Shown: positions 1 through 11,896 of the stretch, in pieces | Position numbering within the stretch: the first letter of the stretch is position 1 | Layout: every line of letters starts with the position of its first letter | Assembly (NCBI GenBank): GCA_000934665.2 | Contig: KZ538832.1 | Location: forward strand, 1-45,432 | DNA from: Catajapyx aquilonaris | Taxonomy: Eukaryota | Direction: 5' to 3' | DNA length: 45,432 bases | The notes under the pieces: model-generated | Seen by the model: only the letters and a program-made list of their open reading frames with translations | What the model was told of the DNA's origin: nothing | Database searches by the model: none | Position numbers and translations under genes: made by a program

Positions 1-493
1 GGGTAACAGAGGGGACCAAGACAAACATATTTGACCTAGGAACTCGTGTCCGGAAACGCCATCTAGAGGGGGTTCATAGACAAGGAACGGGTGCGGTCAG
101 ACGCGTCACGTGGGAGGCGCTAACAAGCGGACCGTTTAGTTGCTAGGTGGCGCGCGGATTGTACACAACTTTGCAATTCACCATAACTTGGCAACAACAG
201 AGTTGTTGTTTATTATCTGTGCGCTACCTAGCATGCTGACTTTAGTTGTTAGGTGGCTCTGTTATTGCCAAGTTATGTTAAATTTCGAAGTTGTGTACAA
301 TCCGCGCGCCACATAGCAACTAAACGGTCCGCTCGCTAACGCCGCCCGCCTGACGCGTCTGAGCGCACCCATTCCTTGTCTATGAACCCCCTCTAGATGG
401 CGTTTCCGGACACGGGTTCCTAGGTCAAATATGTTTGTCTTGGTCCCCTCTATTACCCCTACTAGTTTGTTTCCCGAATTCATTTACACCCTG
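1..493. mobile_element. Tc1/mariner-type fold-back MITE (left end outside the window)
   Basis: 1..~201 is the imperfect reverse complement of ~257..459; the right end is CACCCTG followed by TA (494-495). Confidence 0.85.
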
Positions 494-503
494 TATAGGA
501 CGT

Positions 504-572
504 TTCCTCCAAAAAATCCGACATGGCCCACAACGGGGTAATAGCCTATAATTTAAAAAATTAAATAAAAAA
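504..572 (+). mobile_element. 5'-truncated retroposon tail (69 bp) of the CACGGGGTA-tail group
   Basis: 10-bp direct repeats TATAGGACGT (494-503, 573-582) flank ...tggcccacaacGGGGTAat plus an A-rich tail. Confidence 0.6.
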
Positions 573-1268
573 TATAGGACGTCAAAAAATAATTCGAATG
601 TAAGTATAGAGAACGTCGCCAGATGCAGCCATGTATCAAGAGAAGAGATGATTATGAGTCAAGTCGTGACAAGCCCTATAATTTAACTAGACTTCTTGTA
701 TACCGACGACCTCGGAAGTAGGACGCAAAGGAACTTTTGATCTGGAACTTGAGTCAGGGATCCCAATAGCCTAGCTGCTACATGCCATTTTCTCTGCACC
801 GGGATGTTATCAGCGGAGTTGATAATTACTGTCCTCGGGTTTCTTTCCCATTCGAAGGAGATCAAAGGCGAGGGAAGCTGGGAGAAGAGGCTGCAGGCCT
901 GGGGGGTTGAAACTGAGCAACGAGACTCGAGTTGAGCTTTACGACTGAAAACCCAAAAGGTTTTTCTCAGCATTTCTGATCATGTCGTTGCGTGAGGATG
1001 AATACAAATAGGATTTATCCAAGTTCTGGCATTAATTTCGACTCTCAGAATTATCCTCACTACAACTTTCACTCTATAATCTACACGGCCTTTTAAAAAT
1101 CAGGCGGTTAAGCTTTCTGTTTATCTGAGGAAAAGGGCAAAGAATGTGATGAAAAGTTGAAGTAATTAATTCTGCAATATATTATTTAAATAAAATGTTT
1201 AATTATCAGTTACGAAGAAAACTGCGGGTGTAGTATACCAACATATTCAGCTGCATGCCTGAAATATA

Positions 1269-1315
1269 TATTTTAAATTGTTTATTTACCCCGATGGGCT
1301 ATACAGCCTGGGGGG
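1269..1315 (-). mobile_element. Ultra-short 5'-truncated retroposon (47 bp): terminal stem-loop + A-rich tail
   Basis: 16-bp TSD with 1 mismatch (gcatgcctgaaatata 1253-1268 / gcatgcctgagatata 1316-1331); minus strand reads CCCCC ca GGCT gtat AGCC catc GGGGTA aataaacaa. Confidence 0.75.
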
Positions 1316-2087
1316 GCATGCCTGAGATATAGTATCTTCCAAGTAAATTAAGGTCTAAAATTATTATATGTTTTATTTAAAGAGTAGTGTGGTGGAGGGA
1401 ATGCTCTCTGAGAACCCTTCTTCTGCACCAAAATACAAGGAAATGATCCTTCTGCTTCCCTCCCCTCTTCCCTTTGCATTATTTCCCTGTTAGCGTTGCT
1501 CATCACAATTCGCAAAGCGCATTAGCATAACTGCGAGTGCTTTTAATTAGGCAATATCTTATACTCTCACAGACGAATGACTCCCCACCTCCCATTTTCT
1601 AAGATGTCCCCGGCTGTTAGCCCAGAACGACACTTTTTAATGGGGTGCAGAGAATAAAATTATTGAGGGCTCCACTGCTGAATGGATTTTGTTACGGGCA
1701 AGACAACAGCCTAGCTGTTCCCCACTGCTTGACTTTTAATTGCTCTCCACCAGTCTTTTCTAGCAGTGAGCAGTTAGATGGTAATACAGCCTCCCTTGCT
1801 ATTTATGATGTATACAGAGAGTTGCACTCCCCAAGTCCCCTGTTCAAAAGGAGAGTACTAGGGGAAGTTATGAAGTGTTTTTATACCAGTAACCAGTTCA
1901 CAGTTAGTTTGGCATTGAATTTTTGCTTTCTTAGTGCAACCACGTTTTGGCAATTTCCATCCTATAGGGTGCAACGGTCCTAGTCAGCGTGTGTCCAAAA
2001 AGTAGGTAAGAAGGTATCCGGGCAGAACCGAGCAAACTTTAGGGTTGCATCCTATGAGCTGGAACAGTAGGCTTTGACTAGGACATA

Positions 2088-2116
2088 CTTCCTTCCTTCC
2101 TTCCTTCCTTCCTTCC
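2088..2116. repeat. (CTTC)n microsatellite
   Basis: About 7 perfect units. Confidence 0.95.
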
Positions 2117-3664
2117 GCTTCCCAGCAGCGGAATTCCCCGCACTCCTAGCATTCAATAGCTCGTAAAGCGATTGTTAACGGGCACCAAAACGCAGAACCA
2201 GCAGCCATAAAATGCCTTTAGAATTAGGGCCATTACTTTTGTACTCCTCCTTCTCTCGCCAGTCAGGAATGTCAGCTCAGGGAAATAAGGAATGTAGCCG
2301 CTCCACTGAAGATGCCCCATTATTCATTACACCTTTGCATTTCCCAACCGTGCATACATATTGGAGGAACTGTTCAGTCTGTAGCCATCAAACAATGTGG
2401 ATTCTCTGGGGTAAGGCTCTGCTATGTTACGGCCTACCAGAATCAGTAGGGCAGCAAAATTACTCCACTGAAGTACATGTCAGGTTGCAATCATTCTGGG
2501 ACTTGATTATGCAAAAGTAAAGCTTGACAAGGTAATTTTGATTCCGATTGCTTGTAAAATAAGCGACGCTGATAACCTGTAGCTCTTAGTGTTGCCAACA
2601 ATCAGACCATAGGAAATAACTCTATCGTAAACGATGCAACGAGCCTTAAAAGAGTGATTAGAAAATTCGTTTTTTTATTCAAAAAGCCACAGTTGAGTTT
2701 TATTTACCCCAATTTATTTCGCTGAGACTAATTTTTTACAGTGGTAGCATTAATGCTCATTCGTATATTATGCTATTTGGTTTTATTAGACTCTTAGAAT
2801 AATTATCAGCTACACAAACCCGACCACTAGTGCACATCACTAGTTCATAGCATAATAGTGAATGTAACTTAAGCAATCTCATAAAAAGAAAAGTGCGTTT
2901 AGATATTTTCATAATCACAGCAGTCTCTAATTAATTTAAATAGGAACACAACTCAATATTGAGTGTCAACCACCTACAAAACATTTGTTATGCACATAGT
3001 TATGAAAATAATCATGTTCTTATAATTAGATTTGGTTTAACCGTGCTTGAAAACTCACCGCGTAAAATTATATCAGAGGTCGTGGCTCGAGTGACATCAA
3101 TTTCAACAACAAAAAATCAAATCCAGCCGCCATATAGTCCACTTAGAGTTACCAGAATTATGCATCACAATGGGGTCAATTATGGAAGATAACCATATCG
3201 CCATCATTGCCATAAGTTCAAAGTAGGCGAGAAACAGTCAGGTGGCATTATTAGATGCTTGGCCTCATAACACTCGGTTATATTTGTTGCTGACTTCCAA
3301 CGTTTATAAATGCCATAAGCGCATATGAAACAAAACGAAACTTCCAGGAAATTAACATATGACTCAAATGCAGCTCTATCTCAAAATTAAATCAATTGCC
3401 CCAAAGCCAATATTGCCTCTTCGTGATGATCCTGCAGATAATTTTCATGAGATTAACGCTGTGCTGACTACACATATTTGCACTGTAGGCTGTTAGTACC
3501 ATCAAGGATTAAATCTCGAAGCTAATAAATGCTGCATGCGTGATTTTTAATCAATTCGGCCATTAGCGTAGCGCAGTATCTGTTTTCAAAAATTATGTTG
3601 AACATAAAGCATCTTTAAAAGTCAGGTTTTTTGGAGGGACCAACTAGAGAGCAGTGTTCATATA

Positions 3665-4373
3665 CAGGGTGGTTGTGAAGTAAGTGCCTATTGGAAATGT
3701 GTAATAAAATTGTCAAATATTGCTCGATTTTCATGAAACAAGATTTATTCTGTACCTTACAATGGGAGAATTTAAACTGCCACTAGTATGCAACTCCACG
3801 ACCCCAGGTGGCAGCAGCAGTCCCGATACCAGTAAAAATGGCGCAGCTGGCGTCCCATTTTGAAGTCGGGGGTCGGTGGTTAAAGTGCAGAGATGGTGGC
3901 GATACATACACGGACCTCGTGCCACAGTTCACCGGAGGACCATAAAGAACTGCCATTCGAAGCTGATGAGCACGGTATCCGTGATGGACAGCCATAGGAG
4001 TGGTCGTCCGTCGACATCGAGGACAGAGGAAAACGTGGCACCGCGATGGTTCGCCCATAGTGGCTTTATGGTCCTGGGGTGAACTGTGGCACGAGGTCTG
4101 TGTATGGATCGCCACCATCTCTGCACTTTAACCACCGACCCCCGACTTCAAAACGGAACGTCAGCTGAGCTCTCTCACGAGCACTAAGTTTCTGCGCCAT
4201 TTTAACTGGTATCGGGACTGCTGCTGCCACCTGGGGCCGTGGAGTTGCATACTGGCGGGAGTTTAAATTCTCCCATTGTAAGGTACAGAATAAAACTTGT
4301 TTCATGAAAATCGAACAATATTTGACAATTTTATTACACATTTCCAATAGGCAGTTACTTTACAACCACCCTG
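3665..4373. mobile_element. Tc1/mariner fold-back element made of two inverted left ends that include the transposase N-terminus (DUF4817-like HTH)
   Basis: TA|CAGGGTGGTTGT...ACAACCACCCTG|TA; arms 3665-3947 and 4064-4373. Reconstructed peptide MAQKLSARERAQL..RFEV/SVVKVQRWWR...TIKNCHSKLMSTVSVMDSHRSGRPSTSRTEENV. Confidence 0.9.
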
Positions 4374-5065
4374 TAGTGTTGGGTTGGTATAGAAATTACT
4401 ATACTCTTCTCCTAGAAGACCCTTAATTTGTTCCGTATCATCCTCATGAATAAAACGTGAGGATTTGTGGGGATGGGTTGGAAGAATAGAAAATAGAACT
4501 CGGAGTCGTAGGTTGCCAGCGACAACCATACATTTTGCAGGTTGGGATGAAAGGATTCTCTCCCAAGCCGCACTTCTGACAATATATTTCTAATCGTTAT
4601 ACATCCAGAGTTTTATGGCAAAATTTTGCATGATTCTGCTCGTCCGTGAAAACCACTTCCATAGAAATGAGCTAATTGGCGAAATATAAGCAAGATATAA
4701 TTTTTACAGATATTCTACTAATATGCAGTCTGTGACTATTAAGGTTCTAATATTTTGAAAGAAAATCATAAAAATTACTTATGTTTGGATTGTCACTTGT
4801 TATGTCCTAGTTCGTAAGTTCCTAACTTTAATCAATTATCATACGCTTTGGTTACCATTCAAACTACATAAATGACCGGAACCATCCCGAAAACAAACGC
4901 GATAAAAAAGTGTTGTTTATAGCTAGACACGTTCGCGTCATAATTGCCTTTGGCAGGCCTAAACAGTATTTATGAGGATCAGCCATCAGTGCTGCTGGTC
5001 TTCAAAATGACCTGTTAATATGAAGCACTTGCTTGAAAATTGTTCAAAAATTGCCACGCTAGTTC

Positions 5066-5312
5066 GACGGTGTTACGCAATAATGAGTCAACCCACATGA
5101 GACCAGTTTTGAGAAAAAGGGCTTTGTAGGTCATACGTGTGAAATTCTTTGTGTGAAGTATTCTTTTCGGTTATTTATGGCAGAAGTATGCAGAATTCAC
5201 CAGCGTGATTTTAACTGAATGAAGTACGCTTCTTTAGGTAGGCTATATGTTCCTGGGCTTAAGCTCTATTTTGACATTTTTGTGAGTTGACCCATTATTG
5301 CATAACACCGTC
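5066..5312. repeat. 32-bp inverted repeat pair (3 mismatches), probable old DNA-transposon remnant
   Basis: gacggtgttacgcaataatgagtcaacccaca (5066-5097) versus the reverse complement of 5281-5312. Confidence 0.55.
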
Positions 5313-5619
5313 CAGTTGGGATTACCCTCCGACGTTTGCTGAATGGAGGAACCACATCAAATTTGACGTCTCTGCAAGGCTATCAAATGGCAAAACGAAA
5401 CGATTCAACTTATCACATAATTTTTTGGAGTGCTGTACTTTTAATTTGAACGAGCTTTTTCACATTTTGCCCATAATTCTATAATGTCACATAATTATAA
5501 TTTTGCGAGGCAATAGGCAACAATATACAGTAACGTCTGTGACTGTTCTTGGCGTATAGAATAATTATCAAAAGAGTCTTAAAGCAATATGATGGTAGAT
5601 ATGGTATGACAGCTCCCAG

Positions 5620-8360
5620 TTTATTTATTTGCACATAACAACAAATGGGATGGCTCTCGTCAGAATACTTGGCCTAGGTTTTTGAATTCCACTATTTGTC
5701 GCACATTTAACTGTCCTGCGTTTGGTGTGCTGGAAGCTTTCACTGTATACCGTGAAGCAGTCAAGTGAAGCTCAGTAACTTCATTTGCATGTGGGGAGAG
5801 TGAATGAAGGGGTTTTAGGGCTATCATTGAGGAGAAAGTAGGGCAAAAGCTGCAGAGGTCGGTCCACCCTATCCCCTCTACCCCCTCTTCTAACAACCCC
5901 CCCTCCCCCCTGCAAAGTGTAGACTAGTGTTAGCAGCAAGCCTCTCCTCAAGTGGCGACAGACAGGAAGGAATTACAGCGTCCTCAGGCTGTTGCTTCTG
6001 GAACTGATGCTGCCGACCAAATGCCCAAACTTCTGCAGAGAATGAGACCACAACTGACGCTAAAGGGATCAAATGATGTTTTTCGATATTTCTGAGAATA
6101 CTGCTCATTTACGTACCTTCCCCTTTTCCAGCTAATGGCACCCTGAACTTGGGCATACGTACACTGCACCTAAAGTATTTTGTGTATTGAGTTGCAGTAT
6201 TAGGCTAATATGAATTAGCCTGCCCCTTTCTTGCATTTGGTTCAGTAATCCTTACGTAACAGGCTGGAAGAGAACTATACTGTGGCGTGAACCATCCCAT
6301 CCTAAAATCCACAATTATCCGGGCAGTAGCCAATTTTCCCTATTTTTAACAGTGGAAGTTTCCACCGGATAAGCTGGCATGGCCTGACAGGTATTTGGTG
6401 CAAACCTGGAGGTTATAATGGGCGAGTGTAAGAAATATGGTTGGTTGTTGAGTGACGTGAGTAGCGAGTGCCTGCAGCACCTTCGTAATTAGACCTGCCA
6501 ATGAAAGTCGCTTCACACCCTCCAGCCTTTGCCTGCTGCAGACACACCCTGATGATGATGATGATGATGCCCCGAGTTTGGAATCTTCCTTTCACATCTC
6601 ATTTTGCAACATTGCCTTACTCTGACACGTTTTCATTCACCCGTTAATAACTATTCAATAGTAAAGGCGATTATTTTTTATCCATATTATTATTGTAATG
6701 CTCAAAGCCCTACCCCAAGTTCTTATCCACATAATAATTTTCAGTTTCGCATGAAGATATTAGGCATTCTATATTGATTATTAGTTTTCTACCCTATTCA
6801 TTTATCAATACAGCGAAATAAAAATAGTCAATCTGTTGGTTACATATTTAACTTAGTAGTGGTGTTGAACTTTTTTCTGGTCCTGTACATATCACTTGGG
6901 ATAATGGACCAGTCAGTTTCCATTGTGACTAATGTTGACCATAACGCCTGCAGGACAATGTGTGCATCGTAAATTTTGATCAAAGCCATGTTTTTTGCGT
7001 GCCGCTAGAGTGTATTTCTTATTTCATTTTGTGAAACCCGTAAAGCATGTGATGGATTTTCTGGTTGAAATATTTTGGGTGCCGGTGGCGACTAGCTCAT
7101 TAATTTTTCATTTAATTTTTTTGTCGTCTGCGGTGTATTCACAGGAGTCACGCATTCAACTGAAGCCTTTTACATTTTTAAATACCCCTCTTCCAGATGG
7201 GAGGGTTTGAAACGCAGTGTTAAACAACGGGTATAGGCAAAGCGTATGTATAGTTGGTTACCTTAAGAAATCATGTGTCAGCTTGTAGCACCCCCATCAC
7301 CGTGTAAAGCAGTTTAATTGAGTACTGCGTTCAAACAGAAAACTTACTTTCACCTGTATACAGAATACCGTTGTACACGATGAGTCAGAACTACAGGTCA
7401 TCCCGCTGCCTGTTTCCCGTTATCTCTACAAAAATGCACTGAATCGACGACATCTGAATATTTGGTAGCTCCTTACACTCGTCCGCCCGCAATACCTGGA
7501 ACATGTGCACATCCATTGTTATTTACTTCATTACCCTTGGTTTCTTCTGACTTCTTTGGACCAACCTACAGCCAAGATCGGTGGCTGAAGAACCTGGAGT
7601 TCTGACTCACGGTTTATCCAGCAGAAATGAAGGGACTCAACCCCATTTTCTTTTTTTTTACGAAATTAGTGGACCACTCATGGTTGTAAACCTTGGTACC
7701 ATTGCTTTGTATATTGACCAGAATTTTTTCCCCGGAATAGAGGAACCGAGCCTGAGTTGCAACGTCACGATGTAAATCCTGGAGTTAGTTTGGAGATGCA
7801 TTGTCCTGTTCATAAGCCCCTGTCTATTGTGAGTAAAGCCCTCTGGCGGATGCACAGAACGTGCAAGCGGAGTCTGAGCAAACAATAGTGCAAGTTAAGG
7901 GGGTGGGGGTAGAAGGAGGCTAGGGGGGAAGTCAGGGAGGGCTGGCAATAAAGAGCAAATTGGACACGACAGATGTTGATTCCCTACGACTTGCGGGCTT
8001 TTGGCACAAAAGGTGGAGCCACTGCAGAAGCTGAGACTATATAGTGCCATCCCACGGCACAGAACAAACGGTATTGATCTCTGGGAATTTCCGCGACAAA
8101 TTATACCTCGGGACGTCTAATTTAATTAGCATGTATTGCTACCCGGTGAATGCAAAGTGCCAGAGGAGTACTCCATTTAATTACGGTGCTTACACTTTGG
8201 GTCACCTTAGAAATTCCGGGACGAGCTGATGCCTCCAGTTTGATGGGTGGGAAGAGGGTGGTGGTGGTGAGGGAGGGTGGAATTGTGTGGAAACCGTATT
8301 GGCCAGGTTGACGGTAACCGCAAATCGCACGCGAGCATTTGGCCGATCCCATTAAATTTA
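5620..8360 (-). mobile_element. Highly degraded LINE ORF2 relic(s), CR1/L2/Jockey-like
   Basis: Minus-strand motif remnants in the expected order: ICGYRQP (APE YRPP-like, ~8320), KKFWSIYK (~7720), frameshifted KYLG (~6175), LSPLEER (~5950), FTLPTCK*SY (~5790), AAATAAATAAA tail (~5620). No RT core recognisable. Confidence 0.45.
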
Positions 8361-9396
8361 TCAATCAAAGAGATTGGTTGAACATAGAGCACCATTCAAT
8401 GACAGTCTAGATATGCTGTGAGACCGCCATATTGAAAAGACGATGATTAGTCAACTTACAGTTTACTGTATGTACTGCAGTATAGGTAAAACCACCAGCC
8501 GTAAAAAGTAATGGGAGCAGTCAACTAGCATAAATGGCCTGAATAATTAACGCTCTTCCCTGATGAATGTGGCTCTTTCTGTTGCTGTGGATGTTGAGTC
8601 CTATTGCAACATTGTTTTTGGAGGGGGGAACATACACACAGGAGGTAGTGCTGGCTCGCTAATCACCGATGGTGACACGACCTGCCGACTACAGATGGGA
8701 TAGTTACAGTATATTAATAACCCTCGGCTAGAGAACCATTAATTTTCTCGACCAGCTGCACGATCCCGTGCGCAACTACTCCATCTGAATTTTGCACGCA
8801 ATTAGTGTGAAAAAAGGGTGCTGAATAGATCGTGTTGATAATATTTGCCCAATATTTATTCCTGTCAAAAAATGCTCAACTGCTGACGAATTTTGCCGAG
8901 TCACAAGCCTGCTTTGCCGTTGTCTTTTTTGGCGCGATTGACCAGTTTTGCAGCACAAACTTAAGCCCAATCCGGTTAATTTGCCATCTGGCCTGATGAA
9001 CATGTCCAATATAGCATGATTGAAGAGTGTAATGTGAAAGTGCATTTCCCCCGGGGTGTTGGCAAATTATATGTACCAGTGTTGGGTCGGACGAGGCCCA
9101 TGGGAACAAAAGAGTTTGGCCTCAATGAATGTCCAACATTTGCCAAGCCTATCCATCGAGCGTTCCTAGGGTGTCGCCCCAAATCCTATGTGCCAGTTTG
9201 ACCTGCAATATTCGCTAAATGGCTCACTTTCGACTGGACACCATCGTTCATCAATAATTATTTTCGACCACACTTTGCACCATTTTTTTCTTTCATTCAT
9301 GTTCATACTGAATATTATAAAAATATAAAATATTAGTATTATACTAGTTCTACTATGTATTCATATTGAATAGTAATGTAAAGGTAATTATTAATT

Positions 9397-9675
9397 AGGG
9401 GGCATGGTGGTCTAGTGGCTATATGCTACTGGCCAGCCAAGCGGGAGGTCCGGGGTTCAAATCCCTCCATGTCACCTCTGCTTGGTCGGATCTTTTCCGC
9501 TTCTCATCCATGTCCGGGCAGACTTGTACTCCCTTCTCTGCCCAGGGCGAAGAGAAAATGTCTGGTATTTAAGAAGGTCAGAAATGACTACAAATCGATT
9601 AAGAGTGCCCTCCCTTGGGAACCTCCCATTCCCCATAAAAGGGCCAATGGCCCTATCACGGAGTAATACAAAAAC
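9397..9675 (+). mobile_element. tRNA-derived SINE, family A (tRNA-Gly-like head)
   Basis: A box TGGTCTAGTGG, B box GTTCAAATCC; 15-bp TSD aggtaat(t/g)attaatt (9382-9396, 9676-9690); homologous to 22962-23414. Confidence 0.9.
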
Positions 9676-11456
9676 AGGTAATGATTAATTTCATGGATGA
9701 TTTTACCTGAAAGGTAGGTGCAATATAATGCAATAAAGAATTTCTTTTACCTGCAGCCTCCCAAAAGTGACATTGGATGCATCTTAGCACTAGAGACCAG
9801 CAAGTTATCCAGGATTAGTGCACCTTATCTCAAAGGCAGCTTAAGTTGGCCTCTACATGAATGTATCCGGCAGTGGGTAGGTAGCATGGTGGAGCAGCAG
9901 CAGCCTTGGTTGGCGAGACACCATTGCAAGGCCTGACACCTAATCTCTGGAAATTGCTTCTCTGGAATGGCTTATGGCCGCCGAGGATCTGTGTGCTTGC
10001 TAGCGTGTGTTTTATTTACCTAATAAGTGAGGCTTTTCGGAGCTTTCGCGCCACCTGCCCCGCACTACCAGATTCAACCAGTCTTTATGTGCACCTAAGG
10101 TACTTAGCTTCAGACACACATTGTACCCGGTCATGTCAGTAGTATTCGTGCATAATTACCTTCACTGACTTATGACTGTAACAAGTAACACTGGCAATAG
10201 CACTTTCTTGTTCAAAATTACATTACCGTTCTACTGTATTGTGGAGCTAAGTACACTTTAGTTATGAACATTTCAGTTGCTATTAATGAGTGAAAATTTC
10301 TGCAGCGTATTTATTTAGTGCTACATGGCTGAAAGGTACGAAGTTTAATCAAATTGGTTTTAAAGAAATGTATATTCCACTTTTTTTGCTAATAATTAAT
10401 CAAATGGAGCCTGGAAAGCAGACATCCTTATGTGTTGCCACCGCTGCGGTTCTTTCTTTGTCTATTTTTTTTCTCCGTCTTGACGGATGGGGGGCGGGCT
10501 GGACCGTTACCCTCCTAATGTACCGTGATGGCCACACATGAGTTCTCTCGGAAGCACATTTACTTTATTCTTTCATATCACACCTCATTGCCCGAAGTCA
10601 CCAACTATGATATTCTGACGACATTTAGTTACCGGTGTTCTTGAAATTATTGAATGTCATCCTACTGGGAGACACTATTTTTGCCAGCATCTCACATTTT
10701 GGACAAGTCCAGGTTTCTGACATGCTTCAGTTGGAAGTTGCCATGATCATACAGATATTATTTTCTAATTGCATACATTCCGTACGCTTGCATCTAAGAA
10801 ATTAGTTGAAATTACGAGTTATTTCTTACCAAAATTGCGTTGAACATTGCAGCGACAGCTGTTTATTTTTCTGGAAGTTAATGTTCAGGGAAAGTGTGTC
10901 AATAAACTGATTATTGCACGGTTACAAAGAGGCCACACCCTTTGGTATATTTTATTACTTGGACACAAAGGAAAACAGGAGAAGTCAACTTAGTAAGTAC
11001 TAACAATACCCAGAATACAGTTAGATTGATGCCGTGCGAGAAAACGTATGTTAATCTCTGGAAGTGATTTAAAACTTACACTTTAATTAAGGGACATGCT
11101 GACACGGAGAACACTTTGGGATATTACAAAAATATTTTACCATGCCCTTATGGGGTCCTGTAGCCAACACTGAATTGAAAGGGACATTCAAAGCATACAT
11201 TTGGCTTTAGAAGTATTCTAATACCAGCAATATTCCTAAGAAAAAACATAAATAAAATATAGCAACAAAAACACATTTTAACACAGCACTTCGCAGAAAT
11301 TTATATCACAGAATCACTTGGTGGTTTCCACAAAACACCGTTAGCTCATTGTTCTTCCATTTCGAAAATGGATTCAGTCCTCTGCATTCTTCACTCTGAA
11401 TATTTGGTCCCTTCTGCACTTGTTTCCGGAGTGAGGAGTTTGTTTTTGGAGAGTAC

Positions 11457-11462
11457 TTTATT
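11457..11462 (-). terminator. Candidate AATAAA polyadenylation signal of the TMTC1-like mRNA
   Basis: Minus-strand AATAAA about 285 nt after the stop; further ones near 10950 and 10862. No transcript evidence. Confidence 0.3.
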
Positions 11463-11746
11463 CGGGAAGCCAAGAAAGGCACTATGCTTGTTATGTTGCC
11501 TTAATGCATTGTCACGTTTAGCCAAGTAAGAATTTGACGCAGTTGCACTGATCGGTTGCGAATGTGAAATTGATTTGTTTTTAAGCGACCGAAATCGAGG
11601 TCTAATTTTGTCGATAATAAATATTCACCCTGTTTTTTTCAGACACAATTTTGATCCCAGAAAACAAATGAAAGTAGGAGTATGCATCATGATCCCGCTG
11701 TCACTGCTTCGTTTAGTCGGGTTCAAAGCAAAGTCCTAAACTATGA

Positions 11747-11896
11747 TTACATTTGCGTTGTGTGATGACAGGCCAGGTTCCCGGCCGTCTGTAGCTCTGC
11801 TTTCCTAAGCTTTTCCATATTCTGCAGAAGGACGTTGTTAGTCGGATCTTGAGCCAATGCTTGTCGATAATGGTGCCACGCAGAAGAAAAGTCTCC
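11747..11896 (-). CDS. TMTC1: TMTC1-like terminal coding exon: [49 protein letters not shown]
   Basis: ttttag|GGA acceptor; 150 nt to TAA; final TPR with the LLxENxxKL-type ending of TMTCs. Confidence 0.92.
   Translation of the reverse strand, partial: GDFSSAWHHYRQALAQDPTNNVLLQNMEKLRKAELQTAGNLACHHTTQM

Noticed and set aside
690..960. LINE RT-like remnants on minus (LGFQS*SST, ASYFRGRR)
   Set aside because: Too degraded to separate from chance without a search.
8716..9280. Possible piggyBac relic (taaCCCT start, Cys/Arg-rich minus-strand peptide)
   Set aside because: No matching right TIR or TTAA TSD; the peptide similarity is too weak.
9397..9475. Apparent tRNA-Gly(GCC) gene, and other tRNA-like A/B-box segments
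   Set aside because: No intact cloverleaf; each continues into a SINE body with a tail and usually a clear TSD.
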